From Magallana gigas (Eukaryota): a DNA stretch of 64,000 bases. The notes beneath the pieces are model-generated. The model worked only from the letters and a program-made list of their open reading frames with translations. It had not been told where the DNA came from and did not search any database. Location: positions 26,474,001 through 26,538,000 of the forward strand of contig NC_088859.1 in the NCBI RefSeq assembly GCF_963853765.1. The letters run 5' to 3'. Shown piece after piece: positions 28,560-41,100 of this stretch (the stretch's first letter is position 1; each line of letters starts with the position of its first letter). Made by a program: the position numbers and the translations under genes.

Positions 28560-29000
28560 AAAAGTTTGGGGTATGTAGAAATTGTCTTGTCTGTCTGTCC
28601 ATCTGCCTGTCTGTGCAATTGTGTCTGGTCCATATCTGTCTTACTGAAGAACATTGGAAGTTCTTACTTTACACAATGATTGCTTTAGACCCGAGAGTGT
28701 CTTACAATTTTGACCCAAGGACATTTTGGCAAGGTCAAGGTCACTGGAAGGAAAGAGAGCACAATTCATGTCTGGTTTATATCTTATTGAGAAACACGGG
28801 AAGTTCCTACTTTCACCTAAAGGTTGCTTATGACCTGAGGGTGTGTCCTAAACTTGATCCAAGTCCATTTGTTCCAGTCCCAAATAACTGTAAAAAAAAA
28901 ATTATTCTTGTCTTTTTGATGCAAAGATTTACTGTGACCTGAAAATATGCCCTGACTTTGAGTTTTGTTCATTTGCGCAAGTTCAAGGTCAGTATGAGAA
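28560..29000 (+). mobile_element. HINE-like element with (CTGT)n microsatellite and ~165-bp oyster satellite-like monomers
   Basis: (CTGT)n at ~28588-28617, then recurring TTGGAAGTTCTTACTT..GATTGCTTATGACC..GACCCAAG..CAAGGTCACTGGAAG motifs that I recognise as resembling the Crassostrea Cg170-type satellite. From memory, not searched. Confidence 0.6.
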
Positions 29001-31045
29001 AATAGTGCATCAATTACTTTCCAATAGAGAAATACTTTGAGTTATTATATTTTCTTAGAAGGGGATTTCATTTGTTAGCTTGCTCTCATTACCTCCACCG
29101 GAACATAAAACACATTAGACTTGAATATTTTTTAATGCCTGGTGGATGGATACAGTATTCCTCGAGTCAACTCCAGTTATGATTGCAGCATTGAACCCTT
29201 TTTTCCCATATACAGTATAGGTATTTTAAAGCTGAACAGGAATAATGTTGTTAAACAGAGGTTGTTCTTGCATGCAGTATATCCATGAAATAAAGTTACA
29301 AGGTAAAATGGCGACTGCTTTGGAACATTTTTCCACTACAATGTTAACTCCTCGATGAAGTGCCTTCATACCAAAGTTAATATTCTTTTGATAAATATAA
29401 TAGACTGGACATCATTGATATGTCTACAACACTATGAAATAAAAAGGGCTAGGAATTGGACAACTTGTTTCAAAGTTTATAGGAAATTATATGATTTGCT
29501 TTTGATCATCAAAGATGACCACTTGCTATTTTAAAAATATTTCAGCCGTTTTAAATGATCACTGGATTATGATACAAGCCTCATTTGCCAAAGTTCTTTT
29601 CTCCATAAAAGTATTCTATATTGACAAAGATCAGCAGCAGCAAGAAATTCTTTTATTGTCATCAATATAGTAACCACAAAACACAAACGGGCTACAATCA
29701 AGGAAAAGTAACATAAATAATTAAAATGACAAGCTACAAGTAAATAGAGATGCATATAAACATCTCGGAACATTCTGCTAGAAACCGGTTTTTGTCATGA
29801 AACGGCAATACAAGTCCTTATTAAAAATGTTTACCTTAAACCATGATCGACTACATGTGTTTGACACAAACAATGAAATGCATTAAAATAAATTGATATT
29901 TTATTCTTAGAAGTTAATTAATTTCTAGAGAAGGAATTAATCTCAAGTCTTACATAAAAACAAACAATTCTAATATGTAACTCTAGGAGTACATAATATA
30001 CATAATGTGGGGTAAAATTTAGGAACACATTGTACACCAAACTGGCCAACTGTACACTAAATGTTCCTCCTTTTTTATTTTTTACATTTGGGGATATGCT
30101 AAAATCTAAAGATTAGCCCCTCTTCTGAAATAAATGTGTTTATATGTGACATGAAAAACCTATGATGGTGCAAAATAGCATGCAAGTTTAAGTCAGCAGA
30201 ACACTACCTCGTGTATAATGTCAAGAATTCTCACTTTGTACACTATGATACTCCAGACACTTAAAGCCAGTTGAACGTGAAATTTTAAACAATTTTTGAC
30301 ATTTTAAAATTACTTTTTTTAACCCATACCAATCCTAGTGATGCTTTCCCACCAATGACCTTGACACTTGATATTTAAACCAAGATAACACCACATTTTT
30401 AAAATCCACAAAAAACAAATAATTAACCAAAAGTTGCATATAATTATATAAATGATGCAAATTTACACATGATCTGGAATATCATGGTATGTATTACAGT
30501 CAAAACTCACAAGGTTTGTATTGAAGATGTTTAAGAGATGCAACTAGAATTTTACTGTATTTTAAATTGTCAGAAGACCAGTTACCAAAGAAACATTTTA
30601 CAAGTACTTCTAAAAGGTCAAGGACATCAAAATGCATTTTTTGTATTATATTTTATATTTGTGAATTTATGGAAGCTATACCCACCTCATAACCCTTTCT
30701 ACTCCATGCACGAATTCACCAACAACATTGCCCTACATGTACTTCATTCACACATTCCTATGTTTGTGTTATATTTGAATCGGTAAACAACCAGAGAAAC
30801 TACCAATTCCAATGCCTTACTAACAAATTAAGATAAGGTTTATCTAGTTATTATTATAAAATTTCCGAATATATATAACAATCATTTTTTGAAAATGAAA
30901 ACTTCTAAGCTATTATAATGGGAAACTTCAAGATATCAAATTTTCAAATGTGTTGATAATTTTTTCAAATCTTGCTGCATCATGATAACTTGAATAATTA
31001 TTTCAGCTCATCTGGTCAGGGTATTAAAGGTTTGGTTTCTGGATT

Positions 31046-34000
31046 TCAAGACCTGTGAAAGAAAAAAGAGTCCAAATTTAATCAATTTTTCATAAACAAA
31101 ATCAACTTTGGCTCATTTTACCCTTTCCAAACATTTCATAACTAATTAAACACCAAATTCAATTTCAAAGATTGACAGCTCTGAATATTTAAAGCTGCTT
31201 GGTCCGATTTTTTTGTAATTACAGTATCAAATTTTTTTTCATACAAATCATATATCTTAGAAAGTTATGGACTTTCTCCTATTTACACCAGCAGAATCAG
31301 TCTCCTTTCAAAGTTAGAAATATTCAAAGTAAATAAAAATAATTTCTCTTTTGGCAAACGAAAAAACAAACCAAAATGCATCACGGGAATGTTTAGAAAA
31401 GGAAACTGAATGGTTTCGCCCCCCGAATGATTGGGGTTATTCAACCCGCATGCCATGCATCGATTGTAAAGAAAGCAGACTTTATAAATATTGGCTAACA
31501 GAACGTACACATGTTTATTTGTAATTTGTTTGATCATTTCGACCTTTATTTAAAGCGATGTCAAATTCGTAATACAACCATTCCCGTTTCGTCGTCAGGG
31601 GTGAAATTTAACATGAGGCGAAATAACGCGGTACCTTTTAATGTCGTTTGTTTTGTTAGCAAATTTTGTACGTATTTTTCTTCATTGAAATTTGGCATAA
31701 TTGACGGGTAAAACTACTGCAATGTCTATTATTATACATATACTAAGCATAGCCATCGTTTAAAAGCGTGCATAAAATTTGATATAAAATCGGACCAAGC
31801 AGCTTTAAAAGTTGTGTGCCGGTAATAAGGCATTATTTGATAGTTTAACAACCAGATATGAACATGTCCAAAACACATTCATCTATTCCAATATAAATTT
31901 AAACTCAAATTTCTCTTGAATGTAAAATGCATGTGTTACATCCATTAATCTGCATTTCCCACATGCTAGAGGTTGAATTCCTCTCTTTTATATCAAACCT
32001 TGACCGCCGTGATCTTCGCCTGTCTCGTGACCTTGACCTGCTCCTTGACCTTCTCCTTACAGGTGACCTAGATCTAAAATAAGGTAAAACAGTACTTGAT
32101 GATAGGGTGCTCTTACTTGAGAATTGTAGACAGCAGTGTATAATTAAATAAAACATAAAATGACATCTTATCAATAATGCAGAGTCATGTATTTTTTATT
32201 TCATATAAAAAGAAAAGACTTAAATTCATAATCCTCCTATCCTTTTGTTCACCTACATTTCACCATTGGTGAAAAACTAAAAGAGTAAAAGCTGGAATGT
32301 TTGAAAACAGATCATCCAAGTCTCCACTAACTTTAACTAACTAACATGTATTGTGTAAAAAACAACAATGCTGTTATAAAAACTTTTGTTGAAAAACTGT
32401 GTAAAATAAAAAATTCAATTACCCGTACACCATACTGAAAAATGACCAAAAAAATGATAACGACCTTTTCTTGACCCATACCAAGGTGATACCCTGTGTC
32501 ACCCGTTACCTTGACCTAGACCGTCTTCTCTTGTCACTACGGGATCTAGACCGGGATCTGGAGCTTGAACGGGATCGAGATCTGGATGACCTAGATGATC
32601 TGGAGGAGGAGGAGCCAGACGAGCCAGACGAAGAACTTCTGGATCTGGATTTGGCAGAGGTTTTAGTGTTTTCTTCATCATCATCACTTGCACCAAGATC
32701 ATATGCACCTAAGTCACCATCTTCATCATCATCCTCCTCTTCATCTTCATCATCATCATCCTGAGTAATAATTTCTTGTTTTTTAAGATACTATTACATT
32801 TCACATACCTGTTTATCTACATCTCCAAGAATTTGGTCTTTTTTTTTTATACAACTGTTGGAGAAGATTGCAATTCCAAATCCAAAATCTCATATCTTTT
32901 AATTAAAAACAGAAGGACCAAATGAATCTTGTAAAAGATCCACCTAAATCTAAGTAAATAATAAGTAACTGTACATTCATCCTTGATATAAACTATAAAA
33001 TATTGTGTTCAACTACTCTCAATATACACGTAAATATGTGTATAAAAATACCCTAGACTTGGTCTTGTCTACAGATGCATATTAATATACCCATCTTACT
33101 AAAATAAGGTTTATAGGGGTTACATACATCCTGCCTTGGTGGTGCTGGGGGTGGGGGGTTTGGTGGGCCTTGGGGCGCAGCTTTCTCCTCCGTGGACCCT
33201 CTGAATTTCTTCCTCTTCCTTCCAAACTAACAAGACAAATATCCAGACCTTAATTCATCTTCTTTAAGTTACAATGAACTGAAAATTCTTAGTGACAAAC
33301 TTTTGCTTCATTACGCTAACCTACTTCATCAGATTTCTCCTATTAATAGGTATATTTTGCTTCATTACACGAATTAAATGCATCAGACTGATACATTTGG
33401 GTACTTTTATTTCCAAATCAGAATGATTACCAGTAACGTCAATAAAAACAATTTTTCCAACCTCATCATATTCATCGTCATCTTCTTCGATTCTCTCCTT
33501 GTACTCTACAATTTCATCCCGTTCCATAAAACCACCGCCAAATCCTTTAATAGATGAAAACTTGTTCTAAAACGGAATCTCATTTCATAATTTGAAAAAA
33601 ATTCATAATTTGAAAAAATACATATCCCATTTCCCAACATAATTGTAATTTTTGTGAAATAGATACAATAATTCACTCAAATCAGACATGATAATTGCTT
33701 GTGGTGAAAGGAGAGAGTTAAACTATGAGGAGTTGCAAAAATACAAGATGATGATATTGATTCCCTATTTTCTTTCATGGACAAGGAAAATATTGTCATC
33801 CAGTCATTATTTAGGTATATTTCACCCTAATAAAGCTTGAATACCGGTTATATCTCTTTATATTCCTTAGTGAGGATGTTTAGCAACTTATGGAATCAAT
33901 TATGAAAATGATTTTCGCCTGTCTAGTCAAAGCAGGCTTGAAATTTTCTCATTGTTATCAGTATCAAAGAATTGTGTGCTCCAGATTTAAAATTTAAATG

Positions 34001-37000
34001 AGCTCAGTTCAAGACCAAGAAGTTTTTTCATTAAAAGGATTACCAAAATGGTTATCTTACAAAACAAAACAGATTTTGTGGGAAAACAATAAACTTTTTG
34101 AACAAAGGCAGGAGGTAAGAGAGCATGTTAAATAGTGGCAGACTTCTGCATGAAGTGGAGTTAACATGTATGCTGCATGCTCAACAAGAACTTTCTTTCA
34201 TTATGGGAGATACTCTATATCAATAAATTAGCAATAATCACTTTTGTTGCTTGGTTCAATACTAACCAGTTCTTTGCTCCTGTTTTCCATATTTAGGTGC
34301 ATTGCAAACATTGCATGTCATTCGTCTTGCCCAGTTGACATTAGCACAGCTGTTAAAAGATTGTAAATAATTGTGCTAATTCCTCTCTGATCAAAAACTA
34401 ATAAATTTGCATGAATACAATAAAAATCAAGAAAAACAAGACTTTCTGAAACACTTGAGACATATTTTTATATGGCAACCATATTTTTATAAACAGTATA
34501 ATAAACGTGTCCTTATAAAAGTACTTTTTAATTTGTTGCACAATAATGATTGACAACAAAATTACACAGTCATTGAGTTGAAAAGGGCATTTTTTTTTCT
34601 ATTTCTAAAACCGTGATATCTGTTTAAAGAGTACACATATCGGTTATGATTTGGTCATACACTCTTACCTCTTACACTGCCAGTCATCGGCACTGAACAA
34701 CCCTTTACTTTTCTCTGCTAACTGCTTGCCTATTTCTGTACCACCCTTCTTGAATACAGTTCCATCTTTCCTTTCTGTTTGCAAGAATAAAAATCATTTA
34801 GTTGATATATCAAAGCATACTTGGACAATGTTGAAGCGAAGTGAAATTAAAAAAAAAATTCAAACATAAATTATATAGACAACCAGAATCTCTGTTTCTA
34901 TTAAAAGGTATTTTTAGTAATATTTAAACAATCTATATCATATCAAGAGAAAAGCTGTCAATGTGACATCAAGCTTGTGTTCTCTTTTGTGTGAAAAGTA
35001 TCCATAATCCATTTGTCAACCCAAACTATGGGGTACTCTACGTCCAATTTTTTTGCAAAAAAATGACGAAGTTCAACAGCAGGTATTTTTACAAAAATAA
35101 TCAAAATCCAAGTAGTACGCACATCTCTAATATATACGGTACATATGATTGATCTGCAAAACAACAATTTGCTATCTTGGAAGCTGTACGAGGAGTTATC
35201 CATACGATAGGGTTACCCTATATGCAATATAACGCAAAAAAAATAATGATGTTCAACAACTGTTATTTTTTCATAAATTATTAAAAACCAAAATCCAAGT
35301 AATTTGCACATCTCTAATATATATGAATGATCGATCTACAAAACAACAACTTCTATCTTGAAAGCTGAAGGAGAAGTTATCCTTACAATAGGGGTACCCC
35401 TTATGCAATATTGTGGAGAAACAAAAATGACAAAGTTGAACTGAGGTATTTTTTTTCATAAACTATCAAAAATCAAAATCCAAGTAAATGCACAATCTCT
35501 GATAAATGTACAATTGATCTGCAAAACTCTTCCTATATTGAAAACTGGAGGAGGAGTTATCTGTACAAATGGGGTACCCTTTTGGCAGCCGGCCGCCCGA
35601 CCACCCACCATTTTTATTTCAATAGCCGAATCTTTCCTTTTAAAAACCCAGTTTAAAATTGATTGAAGGATGAAAAGGTTTCATGACAGATTCATCCTGT
35701 GCATATCAATCAAACAATATTGAAGAGTGAAGACACACATTATCATTGCCAAATAGAGCAGGTGGAAAATACTAGTACATTTGTTTAGAACTAGCGTGAT
35801 CACTGAATAATACTTAGTCATGGGTAAGACTATAACTGGCAATATCAATTATCTCAAAAATATAGACAGATAAATCCCAAGTAGTTGACAAGTAAATAAA
35901 TGATACAACAATTTCTCCAAGTATTGACCAAGTGATCTATATTAAGATCCATGACCTTTTGACCCACAAAACATGTAATCAATAGTTATAAAAGCCTTTA
36001 CTTTTCTCTGCTGATTGGTTGCCAGTATCTGTCCCGCCTTTCTTGTATACAATTCCTTCTTTCCTGTCTGTTTATACGAATGCAAATTTTTCAGTTCATG
36101 ACATGCAACTGGCATTAAAGTACAGTGTAAATAAGCATCTGCCTCAAAATCTTATTGGGAATGAATTTTAATATAAACCATGTACCAGGTACATGTACTT
36201 GTATTTCATACCTTAAAGGGTAAAATTCAAATAAAATAACTTCATTACAACTCAGTTGGGATTATCAATGAAGTTTCAAAATTAAAAGGATATATTACAT
36301 TCACATCTATGCAGTATAAAGTTTACATTCATGAGTTGCAAAATGGAGACAGGCAGTACTTAATTTAAGTCCATTATTACCGGTAGTTATGTAGTGTACC
36401 AGTAGTCATTAGAACACATTTACACTATTTATCTTACAGAGTAAAAAAACATCATCAAAACGGGAGGAGAAGTTTGTTTGACTACACAACATTCATAATT
36501 GTAACAGTGTTCAATTTCAGACATTAACTTTTCTTTTCTTTTTTTTTTTAATTCATTGTGATGCAGTTTGTAGTGCATATCTTTATATATTTTTGAACAA
36601 ACACTGTTGCAATTACACCTTGGAACAGTAATCCATTTGTATTCATTTCCAAATTCAAACAACTGTACTTACCTTTACCACAGCGATTGCATTCATTTCT
36701 TCTTGAAAAATTAACATTTCCACATCTTCATAAAATAAGAAGAAAAAAAAAGCATTAATAATTATTTGTAATACACTTGACACATCAACATTATCTCAAT
36801 TGAAAGAGTCCAACTAGGTGAAGAAAGCATATAAAAGACAGCCGATATGCAGCATTATCCAACAGCAACATATTCGTATTTCATAATTCATATTTGTCTA
36901 TGTAAATGAAGTAAAGGCAAAGGAATAATTAAACACTAAAATCCATGGATAAGTTAACCTGTATGGTTTGCAACATTGTGCAGGCTGGGACCAATCACCC

Positions 37001-37712
37001 AAACGGGATATAATAGCCCGTTTGGGATATACTGAGGGATCAATCTCCGCAATAGTTAATCCGAGATTCCTCCTACTCTAACCCATACTTTTATAATGTG
37101 ACGTACACATGCATGTCACAATATAAAAACGGGGGTTAGAGTTGGAGGAATCTAAGAATATATTAAAGTAAGGTTACAGAAAAAGTCATTTACCACAAGT
37201 TGTTACATTTCATCTATTCTAATGTGGATTTACCATATTTTTTGCAAAATTAACAACTTCTATCTTTTGCACTTTATATTTACATCCCATTTGGGATATT
37301 ATATCCCAAACTGGCTGTCATATCCCCATTTAGGCGATTGGTCCCCACCTGTTGTGCAATGAGAAATATAAAAATATAACCTAATAAAATGTGTAAAAAA
37401 TCATTTTATTTAGACCGCAAGGATAAAAGCATTTTAAGAGCATTCTAAGAACTTTAATAATTATTATATATCAACTCTATGTTCGCCTTGGCGAACGCTG
37501 ATAGCTGCTGGAAAGGGGGTACAAGGGAGGTAATTCTAGGGTGTGATCATTCGTCTGTTGTGGCATTCCAAAAATAATTGCTATTACATTGAGCATAAAC
37601 TATTTACATTGAAACCACATCATTTAATGATTTATTTTGCTTACTTTGGGTCTGGGCAGACCCAATCGCCCTCATTTGGCTTGAATTTTCCACTCCCTGT
37701 GCCACTCGACAT
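31046..37712 (-). CDS. ZRANB2: Zinc finger Ran-binding domain-containing protein 2 (SR-like splicing factor, ~274 aa, 9 coding exons)
   Basis: Minus-strand exons 37712-37645, 36725-36673, 34774-34669, 34349-34267, 33544-33462, 33226-33128, 32760-32510, 32073-31999, 31052-31046 (825 nt). Two RanBP2 zinc fingers ([50 protein letters not shown]), GGGFMERDEIVEY, an acidic tract and an RS domain. The last 7-nt coding exon is the least certain. Confidence 0.92.
34944..35658. mobile_element. HINE/Helentron-like non-autonomous element with a ~186-bp x3 tandem core (ZRANB2 intron 2)
   Basis: CAAAATCCAAGTA recurs at ~35102, 35289 and 35474. The array is followed by a tetranucleotide-like GCCGGCCGCCCGACCACCC tract and a terminal AAACCCAGTTTAAAA, the layout of bivalve satellite-bearing Helentron derivatives. 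Confidence 0.65.
35979..36067 (-). pseudogene. Degenerate duplicate of ZRANB2 exon 3 ending in an in-frame stop
   Basis: A CAG acceptor at 36070-36068 precedes (D)RKEGIVYKKGGTDTGNQSAEKSKGFYNY*. The functional exon 3 reads (E)RKDGTVFKKGGTEIGKQLAEKSKGLFSADDWQCK. Confidence 0.8.
36981..37351. mobile_element. MITE with ~50-bp imperfect TIRs and an internal hairpin (ZRANB2 intron 1)
   Basis: CAGGCTGGGACCAATCACCCAAACGGGATAT pairs with the reverse complement of the right end (CAGGTGGGGACCAATCGCCTAAATGGGGATAT). Flanked by the direct repeat TTGTG. An internal inverted repeat lies at ~37065-37152. Confidence 0.65.
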
Positions 37713-38157
37713 TGCAGATTGCAGCAATGAGGGAACGCAACGCACACTTCAATAACTTTTACTTTGAAATATTCGTTGCTATCAATAATTTTCCATAGAT
37801 AAAGAAAATTTGAAAATTTGAAAATAATATATGATACATTACAGTCTGAAGTATAACTTAATTGCAAAAAGACACTCAAAAGGCTCTAAATTATTCCAAT
37901 TTACATTGAAACGAATATATAAAGAACGAGTTGTTTTTCAAATTGAAACTTCGTCAAAGTCATTCATATGTTTATGCATAACTAATTAAATAGACAAGAA
38001 ATATGTACAGAATCTACATTGACAAGATCAGCTGATAAACAAGTGCGAGCGCGAGCAGGTGACCGTGCGAGCAGGAACCAAGTGCTCAAGTAAATTTAAC
38101 ATGATTTCGTGAAGAAAATAAAGAGAAAATATTCGATATTTTTTTGCATAACCAATT
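37713..38157. promoter_or_regulatory. Putative bidirectional promoter between ZRANB2 and ERMP1
   Basis: Divergent start codons are only 445 bp apart, with CpG/GC-richer patches near 37700-37750 and 38040-38080. Confidence 0.6.
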
Positions 38158-41100
38158 ATGGAGTCAGCGACAAGGCGGCGTAACCAAAAAGTGCGCAAGG
38201 TGGAAGATGACATCCTTGGAAACGAATGTGATGATGAAAATAAACAAACCAGAACTCAAACACATTATGATTCCTTTACACTATTTTCTGCATATATCGG
38301 ATCAGCGGGATTAATTTATTTATTGATGTACACCCTATTTCACAGTTTTCCATCAGCAGTTAAAGAAGCAGAGTCATCAGAAAATAAATTTTGCGAAGAA
38401 AGGGCACGGTACCATTTAGAAAACATCACCAGTTTTGGTCCCCGTGTAGCAGGAAGCAATGCAAATGAAGTTCATGCAAAAGAATATTTAATGAAAGAAA
38501 TTCAAAAAATTGAAAAGCAACATCACCCGTCCAAAAGGATGGAAATTGACTTGCAAATAACATCAGGCTCATTCCACCTTGTTAATTTTATACAAACAAA
38601 CTTTTATAGTGTATATAGAAATATGCAAAATATAGTAGTCAAAATAACAGATGAAGAAGAATCAGACGATAGTTTTCTAATCAACTGTCATCATGACAGT
38701 GTTTCCTCCAGTCCAGGTATTCAGAATTCTGTAAAACAAAAAAAAATAAGTGAAGCTGAATTATTGTGAATTTATGCTTTAATTTATTACAACCGGTATT
38801 TATAGAATAACAAATGTACATTGTATTTAGCATAAAGTAGTGACAATATGTATGTGATGCAATATTGAAATTAAGATGTCAGTTACTTAATTATCTTTAT
38901 CCAGGGGCTGGTGACAATGCTGTCAGTTGTTCAGTGATGTTGGAAATCATCAGGATCATATCTAAATCATCAGTCAAACTCAAGCATAATGTCATTTTTC
39001 TATTCAATGGAGCAGAAGAAAATATGCTACAGGTAAGTATTTGTTATCATGTAAAGCAAAAATATTTGTGACTCTCAACTCATTTTAGCACAACCAAAAA
39101 GTAATAAAGGAGTTTTTGTCAAAATTATGGTATTAATTTATCAATATTTACCTAGTAATTAAAATTTCGTTATATATATAGAGTGTCCTTTCTTAGAAAA
39201 TTATTAAAGTTTAAATTTTACACCAATCAATTTCCCAAAAAAGTACAATTGGAAAGTAAAGAGGTACAATATGATAAACTGTCCTTAACTTGTATACTAT
39301 AGCTATATAAGGAGTACACATGTACACCCATTTCTTTCCTTTGATAGGCTAGTCATGGATTTATTACACAACACAAGTGGGTCAAGTCCATAAAAACTGT
39401 GATAAACTTGGACTCGGCAGGTGCTGGGGGCTGGGAGGTGGTTTTCCAAACAGGTACCGTAATTTTTTTCTAAAATGTATGATAAGATGTGTTTGATCAA
39501 ACAGCAGTTTCTTCTTACAGTTTTATATATGTTGATTTAAAAGGATTGATAAAGTATCAAAGAAGTACATTGATTTTTCATTCAACAAATAAAAATGATT
39601 ATTACTTTTGTTTGCATCTACATGTACCAATATTTTATAAAACAATTGGAAATTACAATAAATGGTTACAGGTCCCGAGCACCCATGGTTAGTCGCTGCC
39701 TATGCTGAGTCTGTTCCACATCCATTTGGATCTGTGATTGGGCAGGAATTCTTTGAACTGGGTCTGATTCCTTCAGATACAGATTTTAGAATTTTTAGGG
39801 ACTTTGGACAAATTCCAGGTATTCATTAAAGTCCTTTACTCCTCTTTGAAAAAAAAACAGAGTAGCCTTATCCTTAGCCTTATCTACGTATATATTGTTT
39901 CAGGAATCTTTAGCACTCTTTGTCAATCTTTCTATCTGAAATTGATTAACATTTAATCATATTATACATCATCAAAATTATCCAAGGCTGTTCTCTCCTC
40001 TTTTCAGATTTATGATCAAGTGAAATTAAGTATGGTTTTCTGATAATACATGTTGTACATTTGACCGGTATAATTCACAGATTTTGTTATGATACTGATA
40101 CAGATACAGATCATTATGCTTGTTGTATTTTTTATGCTCTTTAGGCTTGGATATTGCTCACATTGCTAATGGATATGTCTACCACACAAAGTACGACCAG
40201 CCTAGGTACATTCCATCGGGTTGTCTGCAGAGGGCAGGTTAGAAATAAATATATATTACTGATTGTTATACTTTCATGTTAAATACTGAAATCTGATTGG
40301 TTAAGACGCAGTTAATAATATTTACTATTACCCTCAGCGTTAGCAACGCACTTGGCAACGGGTAACATTAAAAAATGTTACATGCGCGAAAATTATGCGC
40401 GTACGGTTCGCTGTAGAATTCACGTTATTCCTATAAAAAAGCAGTAAAATTTTCTTAAAATTTTTAAAAAAGACATTCAGTATAACAAAATAAATAGTGC
40501 CTGTTTGGGAGGATAACAGTTGAAATTGACACCCCTCGAAAACCATTGTCAACCTCCGCTTCGCGTCGGTTGACAATGGTTTTCTCGGGGTGTCAATTTC
40601 AACTGTTACCCTCCCAAACAGGCACTATTTATATAATAGTGCATGTATGGGGAAAGAAAAAAACATACAATCATGTGTATATTTTGTATAAGGGAAAGAT
40701 AAGGATGTACATTTGTGTAAATCTTTGGTTTTGGTTGATATTCAATTTTGACCAAGTGTTTTACATCTGAAATTTTAAAGTTAAAACCCAACTTTTGATA
40801 ACAAAGAACTTGAATTTTGATTTTCATTGGATTTAATTATGACATCTATTGATGAATATGGTGGGTGTTCTTTATTATTGTAATCTATATTGACAACTAA
40901 TCCGATCCTGATAAAAATTAACTCAATATATCAAGTCTACTCTTTAATGTACGAGTACGATGTATATATGGTATCTTACAGTGTATGAAAAACTTTCTTC
41001 ACAGGAGACAACCTCTTGGCTCTGATCCTGAAGCTGGCAACCAATCCAAAACTAGCTGACCCCGGTCTGGACAGACACGGCTCAATGGTCTTCATCGATG

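Noticed and set aside
28487-28942. 151-aa Cys/Leu-rich ORF
   Set aside because: It runs through a (CTGT)n tract and satellite-like monomers of a non-autonomous element.
32465-32509. Alternative downstream donor for ZRANB2 exon 7 (+45 nt)
   Set aside because: The extension begins with an in-frame TAA, the donor is weak, and nothing else supports it.
32471-32764. Plus-strand Leu/Asp/Ser-rich ORF
   Set aside because: Antisense shadow of the ZRANB2 acidic/RS exon.
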